From: Octopus bimaculoides
Lineage: Eukaryota
NCBI RefSeq assembly: GCF_001194135.2
Contig: NC_068994.1
Span: 19,241,333-19,305,332, forward strand
Length of the DNA: 64,000 nucleotides
Reading direction: 5' to 3'
The notes beneath the pieces were generated by a model that had not been told where the DNA came from, made no database searches, and worked only from the letters and a program-made list of their open reading frames with translations. Positions 13,496 to 25,848 of this stretch are shown here, in pieces. The translations under genes were made by a program, and so were the position numbers. Numbering within the stretch: the stretch's first letter is position 1; each line of letters opens with the position of its first letter.

Positions 13496-14932
13496 ATATA
13501 CATTTGCTTAATATTTTCTTATTGCTTACTCTTGTTTTTTCACAACATTTTTATCTTCATAATTTTCAACAAGATGATTTTTGAAATTTGTGGGAGAATG
13601 CAGATGCTGCTTCTACCTTAACGCCAAACCAAATGAAGAAACCAAATTGTTAGACAAGTAAATGAAATGTTACAAAATATTATATATACATAAATGAGGT
13701 GGGAACTCAAAAGTTCTAGACAAATAAAAGAAAACCTGATATGCAGTAACATGTGATTATATACCAATTCTGCAGGAGATTTGTTAGATATGCCCTCTCC
13801 AAAGCAAACAACAACAATAATAATAATAATAATAATAAACCTTGTTAACGTTGAAAGCTTCTATGCATGTTCACAAAGACGTTTCTGATCCTTATCAAGA
13901 AAAAAATAAAATCAACTTTTGATGCATTTCTCATGCAATGAACAGCACCATCAACACTATCAACAATAAAATCAGTTATGAAACTATTTACAGTAAAGCT
14001 ATTACTGGGAGTTACCTTTAAGAATATTTAATAGATTTTAAACTTATTAGGATTAAAAGAGTGGTTGTATATAGTCTACATTTAAATGACACACCCAGCA
14101 CATCCAGCATACCCAGCACACAAAAACACACACACACACACACACACGAATGGGCACAACACATACATATACGTGTGCACAACTCTCACACATACAGCTG
14201 AATTAAACAATCACTCATTCAATGGATAAAATGTAAAAGAAATCAATGAGAAATTATCAGCATGTCCTAAATTTAAAGTTTTATATGTTATTGATAATTT
14301 GAATTTAACATGCTTTGAAAACTGATATTATAATTTTATTTAATTTTTTTTTTTTTTTTTGTTCTAATGATATTACATTGCCATCTCTCAGCTAACATCA
14401 TTATTTTTTCATCAGTGCGTGAGTACGTGTGGGGTGGATGATGGAAATCAAAATGGTGAAATAATTTTACATTGATTTTCAGCCATTGTAGCATCGCTTG
14501 ATTACATGTTTGAATTATCCAGAGAGAAAAATCTTCATTAATTTTTACCTTGTTTAAGAGTAGCAAGTTTAAGACAACATTAGAATAAATGCTTTGCAAT
14601 ATTCAATGCCAAGTTGATTAAGTAATGGACTGATAAATAGTTGGGCAGTTGGAGGTTCGTATCTAGGGCCTTCTTTGGTTACGGTTTACCATGGATTTCT
14701 ACACCTGTAAAGCTGCCTTTTTAGGTGAAGGCCCAGAAAAACGTTTTGTTTGAAATTAGCAGTTGTCCATGCATGCAAACCTCTTTCCTCTGCACTGCTG
14801 ATGATGCGTAAGGAACAAACAAGAAATATTACAGCTTGGCACCAGTGTTGCCATCAAAAAGGAAAATAACAATCAGATTCCTCAAAGCATTTTACCTGAT
14901 GCCCTAACAAATCTATCACCCAATCATCCTGT

Positions 14933-15007
14933 ATTGGTACTTTGTTTTTTTATTGACCCTGACAGGATGAAAGGCAAAGTTGACCTCAGCAGTATTTGAA
15001 CTCACAC
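14933..15007 (-). mobile_element. SINE family B core fragment
   Basis: TTGACCCTGACAGGATGAAAGGCAAAGTTGACCTCAGCAGTATTTGAACTC. Confidence 0.75.
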
Positions 15008-15759
15008 TAAAATATGTAGCTCAATGGTTGAATCCTCCAACATCTAACTAGGGACTAACATTGTGGAATTGAATTGTTTTTCTTTTTTTTGCATACTTAT
15101 AAATACAATCAAGTTTAATTCTTCTGGTAGAAAAAGCTACCTGTGAAATACTATACCATCCTCATCCAATGAAGTAAAAGATTTTTTTCTTATTCATTAA
15201 ACCAGAAATAATAGATTGTTAGGTGTGAGGTGAGGGTTAGAATTTTACAAGCTCAAATCTTAATGTAACTTCCTATATTCATCACAGTTGATAAAAAAAA
15301 CACAGTATTTACTTATGTACACAATGTAGAATTTTGAACTTTACAGCACGTGCATTTTTATGGTTTTAGCTGGTAAAGTTTAACAATCATTTCAGAATTG
15401 CTTTTGTTTCATTTCAGATTTGTGAACTTTCTCAGTAAATTTTATACAACAATAATAAATGTGGCTAAACACTCCATTCTCTATACATTGTAATATTAAA
15501 TAAAAAGTTTTCTCATGTCTTTTACTAATTAGTGTGTGCAGAAATCTTATGCTGTGGAATTATTTTTATGTGATGAAAGTATGTGAATGTGCACAGAATA
15601 TGAAAGTATAATTACAAATTACAACTTTAATTTAGGCAACTGATGTGGGTACATATTAATTTCCTCTCAGCACTGGTTGCAAAAGGTGTGTGCAAATGCA
15701 CACATGCATAACTTAGAGGGAATTGCACATGAAATATTTTTTCCAAGAGTTCATTATCC

Positions 15760-16070
15760 ATTATTGCAGGCAGGCATAGTACACTCATAAGTATTATGCA
15801 TGAATATTCAGCAGAGAAGAGTGAAAATTGCTGGTCATTTGCATCAGACATCCAGAAGAACCTGTGTGTCAACTGGTTTTATAGCAGGCAATTGAAGGAA
15901 GAATCAACAGAGGAAGAAAGCGTCTAACCTATGTGGACAACTTGCTTCAGGACAGTGGAATGGCAAATGTTGATGAATTAAGACCATGCATCGGGGACTG
16001 TGATGGATGGCGTGCTCACATGAAATTGTTGAAGCATTGGAGAGGATAGCCAAATTAAACTACAGCATGA
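15760..16070 (+). mobile_element. RTE-clade LINE 3' ORF remnant
   Basis: IQQRRVKIAGH, then RGRKRLTYVDNLLQDSGMANVDELRPCIGDCDGWR (RR...GH; GR..T..D; D...W(R) motifs). Confidence 0.75.
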
Positions 16071-17007
16071 AACCAGGACTTGTTCCTCTATCATACTTTA
16101 GTCACTCAACACCTAGCACAATGCCACCTTCCATGATATGCAGCTCCATTCTGTCAAAGGGTCTTGTCTTGTGATATACTTAGAGATCTCACTAGTGTCA
16201 GGGTCACAAAAAACCCCCCTACCCAGTACACTCTGTAAAGTGTGTAAAAAGTACATATATGTCAATAAACACAGAGAAACATTTATAAACTGTACATATA
16301 GAACAGTGATTAAGCAAGTAATGTTATATACACTGATCACTAAAATCAAACATAAATAAAGTTTTAAAAAAATACAGCAAAACTAATAATACTTGCACAA
16401 TATTATAACATAAATAGCCTATAATGAGAAAACAATGAATTGTGACAGAAGGCTTTTTCAACTTTGAATGACTGAACAAATAAATAAATCCTACTATGTA
16501 TATTGAGTACTTCTCTTTCTTTAGATAAATTTATATCTATCTATCTACATACAGACCCACACACACTTGAATGTGCATGTATGTGCATAGATGTGTTTGT
16601 GAAATAGCTAGCTTGTCTAGCTGTTATATCAATATGAAGAAAAATAATTGCTAACAAGCCAGTTAATTAAATTTGTGTCTAACTAAAGAGTGTCTAAACA
16701 GCAAGTGTTGCATAGATGTAGTGGAATTTTAATTGTAACTAAATTATTTACATATACTGTCCTGAAAAACGAAATCTGTTTCTATAATTTTTTCATTAAA
16801 ACTACATAGCAACGGCTAATAAATGAAATGATCATAATGACTTTATACTTTCACACAAGGCAACAGATTTGTAATTTAGAGATATAATCAACTGAATTAA
16901 ACACAGTATGTGTGTGTGTTTGTGTGTGCAGGAGTCAAGGATCTACATGGACATATACCTGCTAGCATGCATGAATGTATGTATGTACGTATGCTAGTGA
17001 TATATAT

Positions 17008-18370
17008 ATCATCATCATCATCGTTTAACGTTTGCTTTCCATGCTGGCATGAGTTGGACATTTTGGCTGAAGGCTGGCAAACCAGAAGGCTGCATCAGGC
17101 TTCAATCCGATCTGGCAAAGTTACTACAGCTGGATGCCCTTCCTAATGCCAACCGCTCCGAGAGTGTAGTGGGTACTTTTTATGTAGCACTGGCATGAGG
17201 GCCAGTCAGACGGTACTGGCATCGAACACATTTGAATGGTGCTTTTTACATGCCACCAGCATGGGAACTAGTCAGGCGGCACTGACAATGATCATGCTTG
17301 AATGGTGCTTTTTATGTGCCACTGGCAAGGGACCAGTCAGGTGGCACTGGCATTGATCAGGCTTGAATTGTGCTTTTTACATGTCACCAGCATGGGTATC
17401 AATCAGACGGTACTGTCATCATCCACAACAATGATTTCACTTGCCTCAACAGGTCTTCGCAAACGCAGTTTATTGCCCAATGATTGAAGGGTACTCTTAA
17501 GTGGGCTGGTTATGCTGCACTGGCATAGGCCCCGGTTACAGTCTCACTTGGCTTGTCAGGTTTTCTCAAGCACAGCATACCTCCAAAGGTCTCGGTCACT
17601 TGTCATCGCCTCGGTGAAGCCCAGCATTTGAAGGTTGGGCTTCACCACTTCATCCCAGGTCTTCCTGGGTCTATCTCTTCCGCAGGTTCCCTCTACTGCT
17701 TGGGTGTAACACTTTTTCACAAAGCTGTCCTCATCCATACGCAACACATGACCATACCAGCGCAGTCGTCTCTCTTACACACCACATCTGATGCTTCTTA
17801 TGTCCAACTTTTCTCTCAGGATGCTTACACTCTTTTGTGTATGCACACTGACATTACACATCCAGCGGAGCATAGTAGCTTCATTCCTTGCAAGCGCACA
17901 CATGTCCTAAGAGTCACGGCCCATGTTTCACTACTATGTAGCATGGCTGTTTGCACACACGCGTCATACAGTCTACCTTTTACTCTGAGCAAGAGGCCCT
18001 TTGTCACTAGCAAAAGTAGGAGCTCTCTGAATTTTACCCAGGCTATTCTTATTCTCGCAGCTACACTCTCAGAGCACCCACCCCCACTACTAACTTGGTC
18101 ACCAAGGTAACGGAAGCTATCAACTACTTGTAGTTTTACCCCCTGGAATGTGATGGACGCTGTGTTCTACACATTTTCAGTGTTTATAGCACCTGAGTAT
18201 TTGCCACATACAAAAACTATCTTCCCAGTTAGCCTTCCTTTGATATTGCTGCACCTCTAATGTGTCCATAGCTTACCCCGGGTACATCTTATGGAGTTCC
18301 TACCTGCATCTTTTCTACAGATTGAGCAGGGCCATCTACCTGAAGGAATTTGTGGTTTGTCTGCCTTCCA
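17008..18370 (-). mobile_element. 5'-truncated RTE-clade LINE with PHD-like finger, 3' UTR and (GAT)n tail
   Basis: WPCSICRKDAGRNSIRCTRGKLWTH*RCSNIKGRLTGKIVFVCGKY; VVDSFRYLGDQV; KGRLYDACVQTAMLHSSETW; GRDRPRKTWDEVVK...SDRDLWR. ATC repeats at 17008. Confidence 0.92.
17173..17424. repeat. Tandem repeat of about 66 bp, about 3.8 copies, inside the RTE 3' UTR
   Basis: GT(A/G)CTTTTTA..GCCAC..GCATGGG..CAGTCAG..GG.ACTG units start at 17173, 17239, 17305 and 17370. Confidence 0.85.
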
Positions 18371-18371
18371 A

Positions 18372-18586
18372 ACCGTTAAATTACAGGGATGTAAACACAT
18401 CAACATCAGTTGTCACATGGTGGTAGGGACAAACACACACACACATGATGGGATTCTTTAAGTTTTCATCCACCAAATCCACTCAAAGCTATAGTAGGAG
18501 ACACTTGCCCAAGGTGCCACACAATGGGACTGAACCCAGAACCATGAGGTTTGGAAGCAAGCTTCTTACCACACAGCAAACCTGCA

Positions 18587-18590
<4 letters not shown>
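18372..18590 (-). mobile_element. SINE family A
   Basis: GACACTTGCCCAAGGTGCCACACAATGGGACTGAACCC. Confidence 0.85.
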
Positions 18591-18619
<29 letters not shown>

Positions 18620-18945
18620 CACACACACACACACACATACATACATACATAAATGAAAATGCTCATCAGATTCATACAAATCAGCAATTAAGAAGAAAGA
18701 GATTAACACGGGAAGAATCGTATTAAAGAACCGAATCAATTGGACCGGTAGTATAATGCAAGGTAAACTAAGGTAGATTATTGCAAACAGCATACATGCA
18801 TTATAAAAATAAAAGTCAATATGTTATCTGCCAAGAAGGAACAAGAATGCCAAGAACACATAGAAGAAAGCATCCAAGGAAACAAGAAGATACAAAGAGG
18901 TAAAAATTATAAAGGAAAAACCAATTCATCACAAATATTCACCAT

Positions 18946-18995
<50 letters not shown>

Positions 18996-19039
18996 CATTG
19001 GGGAGTTGGAGGAGGAAAGGGTGAGTCTCTAACCATATG

Positions 19040-19215
19040 CATTACATGACTATATCAGTGCAGTCTTCTCTCTTGCACACTACATCAGATGCCTCACACC
19101 CTAGTTCTCTCTCAACACATATGCACTTTGTTGTGCATGCACACTGACATTGAATATCCAGTGGAGAATGCTAGCTTCATTTCTTTCTAATCTTCATACG
19201 TCTCCTGCATTCACA
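19040..19215 (-). mobile_element. RTE LINE internal fragment
   Basis: Colinear with 17760-17935 (GTGCATGCACACTGACATT..ATCCAG.GGAG.AT..TAGCTTCATT). Confidence 0.75.
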
Positions 19216-19495
19216 GCCCATATGCACAAGCATCATATAATCAGCCTTTCACTGAGAGAGAGAGAAAGAGAGAGAGAGAGGAAGAGAGAGAAAGAGAGAG
19301 AGAGAGAGAGAATTTGTGTTACCAGCAGAAGTAATAGCTCTAAACTTTCTCCTCCAATGTTAATTAGGACATTTTGATAATAGACACTATCAACTACCTT
19401 TAAAAATCGAGAATATCTATTTTCACTATTCTTAATATTTCTTACTCCTCAGCATCTGCCACAAACAAGGTCTATTTCCCCCAATATTGCTACTA

Positions 19496-19539
<44 letters not shown>

Positions 19540-19540
<1 letters not shown>

Positions 19541-19960
19541 CATTTGGATATGACCACTAGTTTCCATGGATTCTGGTTTTTATCTAGAAGTGTGGGTATA
19601 TGTTGGCCTTCAATGTAATGAACACTGTTCTTTTTTGGGATGATGCATATAAATCTGTATGTTGCGCCTCTCTATTGATTTCATTGTATGTATTGCAGCT
19701 GGTTGTTCTGAAAGACTTTGTTATGTTAATGTGTAAAAGTTTATTGTAAGTATCTTTGCTTATCTTGTTCTGTGTGCAAATATGAAAAAGATATTGCAGA
19801 ATTTTATTATTTTGAAATCAGTATTTAGGCAATCCTTCTTTTTGATGTTAAATGTTATAATTCTTATTGAGGTTTTCAAATAATTCTAGTTCTTTGGTTT
19901 GTGGTGGCTGTTTTCAGGATTTGAATCTAGGATTGTTTTCCCATTGTATATATGACATTT
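19540..19960 (-). mobile_element. Penelope-like element RT N-terminal remnant
   Basis: PPQTKELELFEN; ISKDTYNKLLHINITKSF...NEINREA; VFITLK. Resembles PLE RT N-terminus (Y.KLL.NNIT..Y; INKEA; FITLK). Confidence 0.55.
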
Positions 19961-21603
19961 TTTGATTGATTTTATTCCCAAAAGAGTATGATTTCTACTG
20001 TTGTTGTTGCCCCTATGATCAAAACCACAAACTGTTCTGTCTTTCTGTTATAACCAGGACTACATAATTCAACATATCATTCCATCATTCCTTTTAAAGA
20101 TGGTAGGACTTGATTTGAGGGCGATTTGGTAGCTATTTATAGCAAGTTAAGCTAACATGTAGAGGTTATCCCAGTTGCTTACAATAACAACTGCAGTTTA
20201 AGAAATATTTTTTGTGGATTAGTCTGCTTAAAGTTGGGATCAAAGTTGGAATGAAAAAACTGCCAAAAGAGATATTTATGGAGAATTACTATGCTACTGC
20301 GATTTAAAGTAGGGTTCAAGTGAAAATTTCAGGTAAAAACAGAATAAAACCTACCTGCAATTTAAGGTTGTTTATTTTAATTTATAATCAAGAGTGAACA
20401 AACCCCATTATATATATCTGCCATCAGCAAGTATCAGTACCACCAACATGATTACACGTACAACAATGGCAATAAGCTGAAACTTAAGGTAATCTAACAA
20501 TAATTGTAACAGTGGGATACAGTGAAACTTTCTCACAGATTTACCATGATTATCACTACCATGACTTTCAATTCTCACAGATACTTCCATTGTCATTGCC
20601 AGCACTATCACCATTATTGTTTTAACCCAGCTTATTAGTTATTAAATAACTAATCAAGCAGAGACAAAAGACAAATTGCAGATTAATTATGTTAAAACAC
20701 TAGTGTTAAATGAATATCAAAGTATTTTGTTGTCTTTTGTGCGTATGCCTGTGTTCTTTATGCAAATATGTGTATATGTGTGTATTTTAGTACACACACA
20801 CAGACACACATTTCTAATTTTCCTTTAATAACGAAGAAAATAATAAACCAAACAATGTAAAATAGATGCTGACGGACACTCACAAACTAATAAAGCTACA
20901 TTAATAAGTAAATATTTCCATTAAAATCGAAAGTAACAGTAGAGTAGCTTATAATTAAAAAAAAATATATTATACAGACAACCACTTGATGACTAACATA
21001 CATTTTCTCTGCACAATATTCTGTTTAGTCAAAAACAAATATCCAAAACAAGCCGTTCTTCTAATTACTGATGTCGGCAGCTGATAAGGAATTACACAGT
21101 TACCTTTAAATCACTACCTAGAAACAGGTAAATAGATGAGGAAGTGAATTTAAGATGTGAATTAAATAACAAATGAAACAGTTATTCTTCTTTGCATTAT
21201 AAATAATGAATCAATTTCGGTTACAATTTATCAGTTTATTTAATATTGTTATGATGTATGATGATGTTGATTGTTGTAGTTTATTGAATAAAGCCTAATA
21301 TATAATTATATAGACTGGAAAGTAACAGAGAATGTAAAGTGTTCAGTAGAAAATACGAGACAGAATGTGAAATGTGTTATTTATATATTCTTAGTGTCTG
21401 ATTCAGAAGGTTGGTTAATGATCAATGTTGACACATAGAAGATTATGCCTTCTGAAACAGAAACCCCTGCAAAAGCTATCTTTTTCTTGTTAAATGATGC
21501 AGATTTGCATAAAACCCCATCAATTTGCATCTTACATTGATACACCTTAGTGTCTCAAAAGTTTCAGCCAAATAACAAGATTGGAACAAAACAAGAATCT
21601 TAC

Positions 21604-21797
21604 ATAAGTGTGTTGTAGTTTGCTTGAAGCATAGTAGTACCGAAATGTGCAAGGAAAAGAAAATATATCACAACGACCAACAGTTGGAGAGATGCTGCTA
21701 CTGCTAACCCAAACACCAAGCAGTTTAAATAAAATAATGAAAACAATGTAACCAGACATTTCTTAGACTGCTTCCTTCTGAGGACGGGCCTTTGTCC
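21604..21797 (-). CDS. Candidate internal coding exon of an unidentified membrane protein
   Basis: Acceptor cctttatatttcag| and donor AT|gtaaga. Of the three frames, only one is open across the 194 nt: GQRPVLRRKQSKKCLVTLFSLFYLNCLVFGLAVAASLQLLVVVIYFLFLAHFGTTMLQANYNTL. Not in recognisable repeat. Confidence 0.5.
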
Positions 21798-22159
21798 CTG
21801 AAATATAAAGGTTTTTGTAAAACTTTCTGTCTCGCTACAAACTTTAATTTCCTTTTCTTTTCCACCAATCTTAAAGTTTTGCTTTGCTTTGGACCCTTAA
21901 TTCCAGTTGTTATGAAGGGGTACTTTCATAACATACAACTGTTCTTGAGCATTTAAATCTGGGAGTCCATCCATCTCCAGGTGTGAGGTAAATGAGGGCA
22001 TAGATGGTCAAAACAATTTAGCTAAAAATCAGCAGCCGTCTGGATTAAATCTGACTAAGCATATAAAGCTGTCTGTCTACTTCAGGCAAAATAATGATTT
22101 AATAAAAAAACTTTGCTCAGAACAAGTCATAATGTATGAGTATTATGTTCAAGAGGATG

Positions 22160-22340
22160 AATCATCATCATCATCATTGTTTAACGTCCGCTTTCCATGC
22201 TAGCATGGGTTGGACGATTTGACTGAGGACTGGTGAAACCGGATGGCAACACCAGGCTCCAATCTAATTTGGCAGAGTTTCTACAGCTGGATGCCCTTCC
22301 TAACGCCAACCACTCAGGGAGTGTAGTGGGTGCTTTATAT
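22160..22340 (-). mobile_element. RTE 3' terminus repeat (family C)
   Basis: (ATC)n TTTAACGTCCGCTTTCCATGCTAGCATGGGTTGGACG... Reverse complement of 880-1040. Confidence 0.9.
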
Positions 22341-22784
22341 GATAATGGTAATGAGGACTTACCACTACATAATAGCTTATCAACTTCAGCATAAAATATA
22401 GTATATATTACAACTATATATAAAGTGGACCATATTTTTCACCATAAAATAAGACAATTGAACAAAACTCTCAGCCCTTGAGTAACCTATTAACTTTACA
22501 ACTGAATCAAAAGCGCACGTGCCTGCGCGCGTGTGTGTGTGTGTGTAGCCTGTGTGTGTTAGGAGGTGTGTGTGTGTGTGTGTGTAGTGCATGTGCCCAT
22601 GTTTGCTATATTTGTCTCTCATTGCTTGACAACCAGTATTGGTTTGTCTGCATCCCTATAACACAAGTGGTTCAGCAAGAAGAGATCTATAGAATAAGTA
22701 CCAGATTAAAAAAACAAAAGTTTTGGAGTTAAATTGATTAACTAAACCCCTCCTGGGCAGTGCTCCAGCATGGTCACAATTTAA

Positions 22785-22850
22785 CCCTTTAACAGGCCAT
22801 ATCCAGCCCAAATATTCTACTTGCTTTATATTAAAACTAGCTATTCCTCA
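22785..22850. mobile_element. Left end fragment of a TTAA-flanked MITE (same family as 60161-60535)
   Basis: TTAA CCCTTT...GGCCATATCCAGCCCAAATATTCTACTTGCTTTAT matches 60161-60215. Confidence 0.6.
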
Positions 22851-22861
22851 TCAGCAGTCAC

Positions 22862-23252
22862 TATTCGGTCCAAAAAAGGTTCATTCGTGAGACTCATGGT
22901 AAAGAAGAGCACCCAATTTGCTGACTTTTCCAATGGTACGCAGGTGTTGATGAATGGCTGAATGACCAAATCCAAGCTTCTCTGCTAGTTCCTCAACAGT
23001 TATGATGGGATTTTGTTCCACCAAGGTTTGCAGGACATCCTCGTCAAACTCTACAGATCTTTCAGGATGAGGCTTGGCTTCTAGGCTATAGTTTCCCGCT
23101 TGGAATTTCTGGAACCACTGTTGACACTGGCTTACGCTTATTGTCCGATCCCCATATTCTGCGTTAATATTCCTCGCACTTTCTGTTGCGTTGTTGCCTT
23201 TATTGAACTCATAAAGCAAAATATGCCAAATATGCCCCTTTGTCAAGTACAT
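22862..23252 (-). mobile_element. Internally deleted mariner: open 123-aa N-terminal (HTH) transposase ORF fused to a TIR
   Basis: ORF 23252-22881 reads HILLYEFNKGNNATESARNINAEYG...CQQWFQKFQAGNYSLE...VEELAEKLGFGHSAIHQHLRTIGKVSKLGA. Mariner-like TIR TATTCGGTCCAAAAAAGGTTCATTCG at 22862. Confidence 0.85.
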
Positions 23253-24186
23253 ACATACTTATTGCAGAGAAATGTTACTGAGGTTTAAAGTTTAATCACT
23301 TTTTCCTAATCAGAAAACAGGATTTAGAAGCTGGCATTTTCTGCATGATAGTTGTCTGTCTCAAAATGAAAGCAAAACCATTATACAAGGAGGAATTTTT
23401 ATTAAATAAACAAAAGCAAACCATTATGACAATCACAGTTGTTAGAACTTCTGAAGTGTTAATAAGTTTTTTGTTTGCTTTTAAACTTTAATTCATTATT
23501 AAGAGTAGCAGAATTTAGAGGATTATTTCTTGGGGCAAATTGACAAGGTTTTGCTCTCAGATAGTATGATTGGATTTTTAGAGTTGCAGGATTCAGATTT
23601 TTTATTTTCAGGCAAGTTGACAACAACAGCAGCTGAATTGCAGGCTTTATTTTGCATGAATTTCAACTAACAAACTAACTTTGCTTTAACAAGAGCAGGT
23701 GGCTCCTTCTGCCTTACAGAAGATGCATTGACTATTTTTGCATTTTAAAAATTTTTATATTAGCCATAGCTTTACTATTCCTATGATCAGATTCTCTTCT
23801 TACTATAATAGTTGCTATATTCTCATACCTCTTCTTGCTAACTCTTCTTACTATATGTAGATATAACTAATTTATTTCTTGATTTTATAATAAAATTAGT
23901 ATTACATTAATATTCACTATTATATAGAAAATTATTTTTCATAATGAATTTTCGAATTTTCTTTTTTGTCGCATTTGTATTATGCATTTTGTTTCAATAT
24001 AAAAATGTTATATACAGTGAAGATATAGGATCTAATATTTTTTTACAATTATAATTACATTTCTCATTATCTTAAAAAATCATTAATTTTAAATGAAATA
24101 AATATACAGGCAGGTTTCATTTCATTTAATTCAAATATTTTCTAACAAAAGAATATAAATTTGATTGCATTGCCTGGAAAAAAAGT

Positions 24187-25262
24187 GTATTATAATGAAA
24201 AATGCGGGCACATGCATGTTATTACACCTGGAAAAGTACAGAACAAGATTTCTGCAGTAGAATTTGCCTGATTTGTCACCTCTAAAGGAAACTAAAGAGC
24301 ACTTAAAATTAAAATTCCACTGTACTTAAAATACTGCAGCTGAGAATAACATTTTAAAAATCAAAATACATTAAAGTAGGTAAATTTGAGATAATTTATT
24401 TTTATTTATTATGAGAATCCAAAAAACAAGTAAATCTTTAAAAACACAGTACAAAATAATCAAATATACAAAAGTCATTTTATTTAGTTGTATCAAGTAC
24501 AAACAATAAAATATGAAGTTGTAAATAATATTGCACAAGATTTTTTTTTTCACTTGAATTGAAATCCCATCACAAAAAAAAAAAAACATTGATTGCAGTA
24601 GAATGGTCATTAAATGGTTTCAAATCAACCATATGCTCAGTCAGTTCTTCCACATAAAAAAAAAAAAAAAAATTCAGTCTGACAAATAAATAAAATTTAT
24701 TGGTTAGCATTGATAAAGTAGAATTAGCCAAATTCGTTTTTGGCTAATTCATTAGTTTACCTAATTCACTTTCAATTTTCTCTTAGGGATGACTAATTAG
24801 GCAAATTCTACTGTATTTTTTAAAAATTTAATTTTATTTTATTTCACTTTTAAAATACTGCTTTCTCCAAAAATAAGCCCACAGGCTTATATACACACTT
24901 GGACAATTTTTTTCTGAAAATAATAAAAATTACTNNNNNNNNNNNNNNNNNNNNNNNNNNNNNNACATGAAAAAAATTTTTGAATATAAGCCTACAGGCT
25001 TAAAATCAGATGGGCTTATTTTTGGAAAAACCTAATAATGTTTTAAAATTTTGGTTTTAATAAAATATAGTAAACTTTTAAAATGTTATTCTCAGCTGCA
25101 ATATTTTAAGTATAGTAGAATTTTAATTCTAGGTACTTTTTAGTTTCCTTTAGAGGTGACGAATTTGGCAAATTCTACTGTAGAAATCTTGTTCTGTACT
25201 TTTCCAGGTGTAATAACTTCAGAATATTAACATGCATGTACCCACATTTTTCATTGTAGTAT
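24187..25262. mobile_element. Foldback/MITE-like element with about 175-187 bp inverted arms and nested inner inverted repeats (contains a 30-N gap)
   Basis: 24187-24360 is the reverse complement of 25076-25262 with scattered transitions and a 12-bp indel. Inner IR CCAAAAATAAGCCCA / TGGGCTTATTTTTGG. Confidence 0.8.
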
Positions 25263-25642
25263 ATATATTGAGTGTAACTAAATAATACAATATAGTGAGA
25301 TACTGCATAGACTATAGAATGCAAAAGCACACAGACTAGAAATTAAAATCACAGAGTGATACTAAGTAGATTACAAAGAGTTACTTGCATAGGTTACAGA
25401 GTGAGGTATTGTATAGATTATAGAAATAAGTTCACTTATTTTTCTCTCATAGTCTTATGTTAATCTATTGAAAATATACAAATTTATCAACAAACAAGAT
25501 TTAAAAAGGGATTATATTTTATTTGATTGCTCATACTTAGATTTTATAAATAATCACGATAATTATATTCATCACCGACACTTAAATCGACAAATATTGC
25601 ATTTCAGTACACTGGCAAGTTGTAAACCTCACTAGTAATAAT

Positions 25643-25848
25643 CTCTTCTACTATAAGCACAAGTCCAGAAATGTTGGGGGAGGGGTACAGTCGATTACAT
25701 CGACTGCAGTGTTTCACTGGTACTTAATTTATCGACCCTGAAAGGATGAAAGACAAAGTCGACCTTGGTGGAATTTGAACTCAGAACGCAAAGATGGATG
25801 AAATGCTGCTAAGCATTTTGCCCAATGTGCTGATGATTCTGTCAGCCT
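25643..25848 (-). mobile_element. SINE family B
   Basis: GGTACTTAATTTATCGACCCTGAAAGGATGAAAGACAAAGTCGACC...GGAATTTGAACTC. Confidence 0.9.

Noticed and set aside
17553-18110. 185-aa plus-strand ORF
   Set aside because: It is the antisense shadow of the RTE ORF2.
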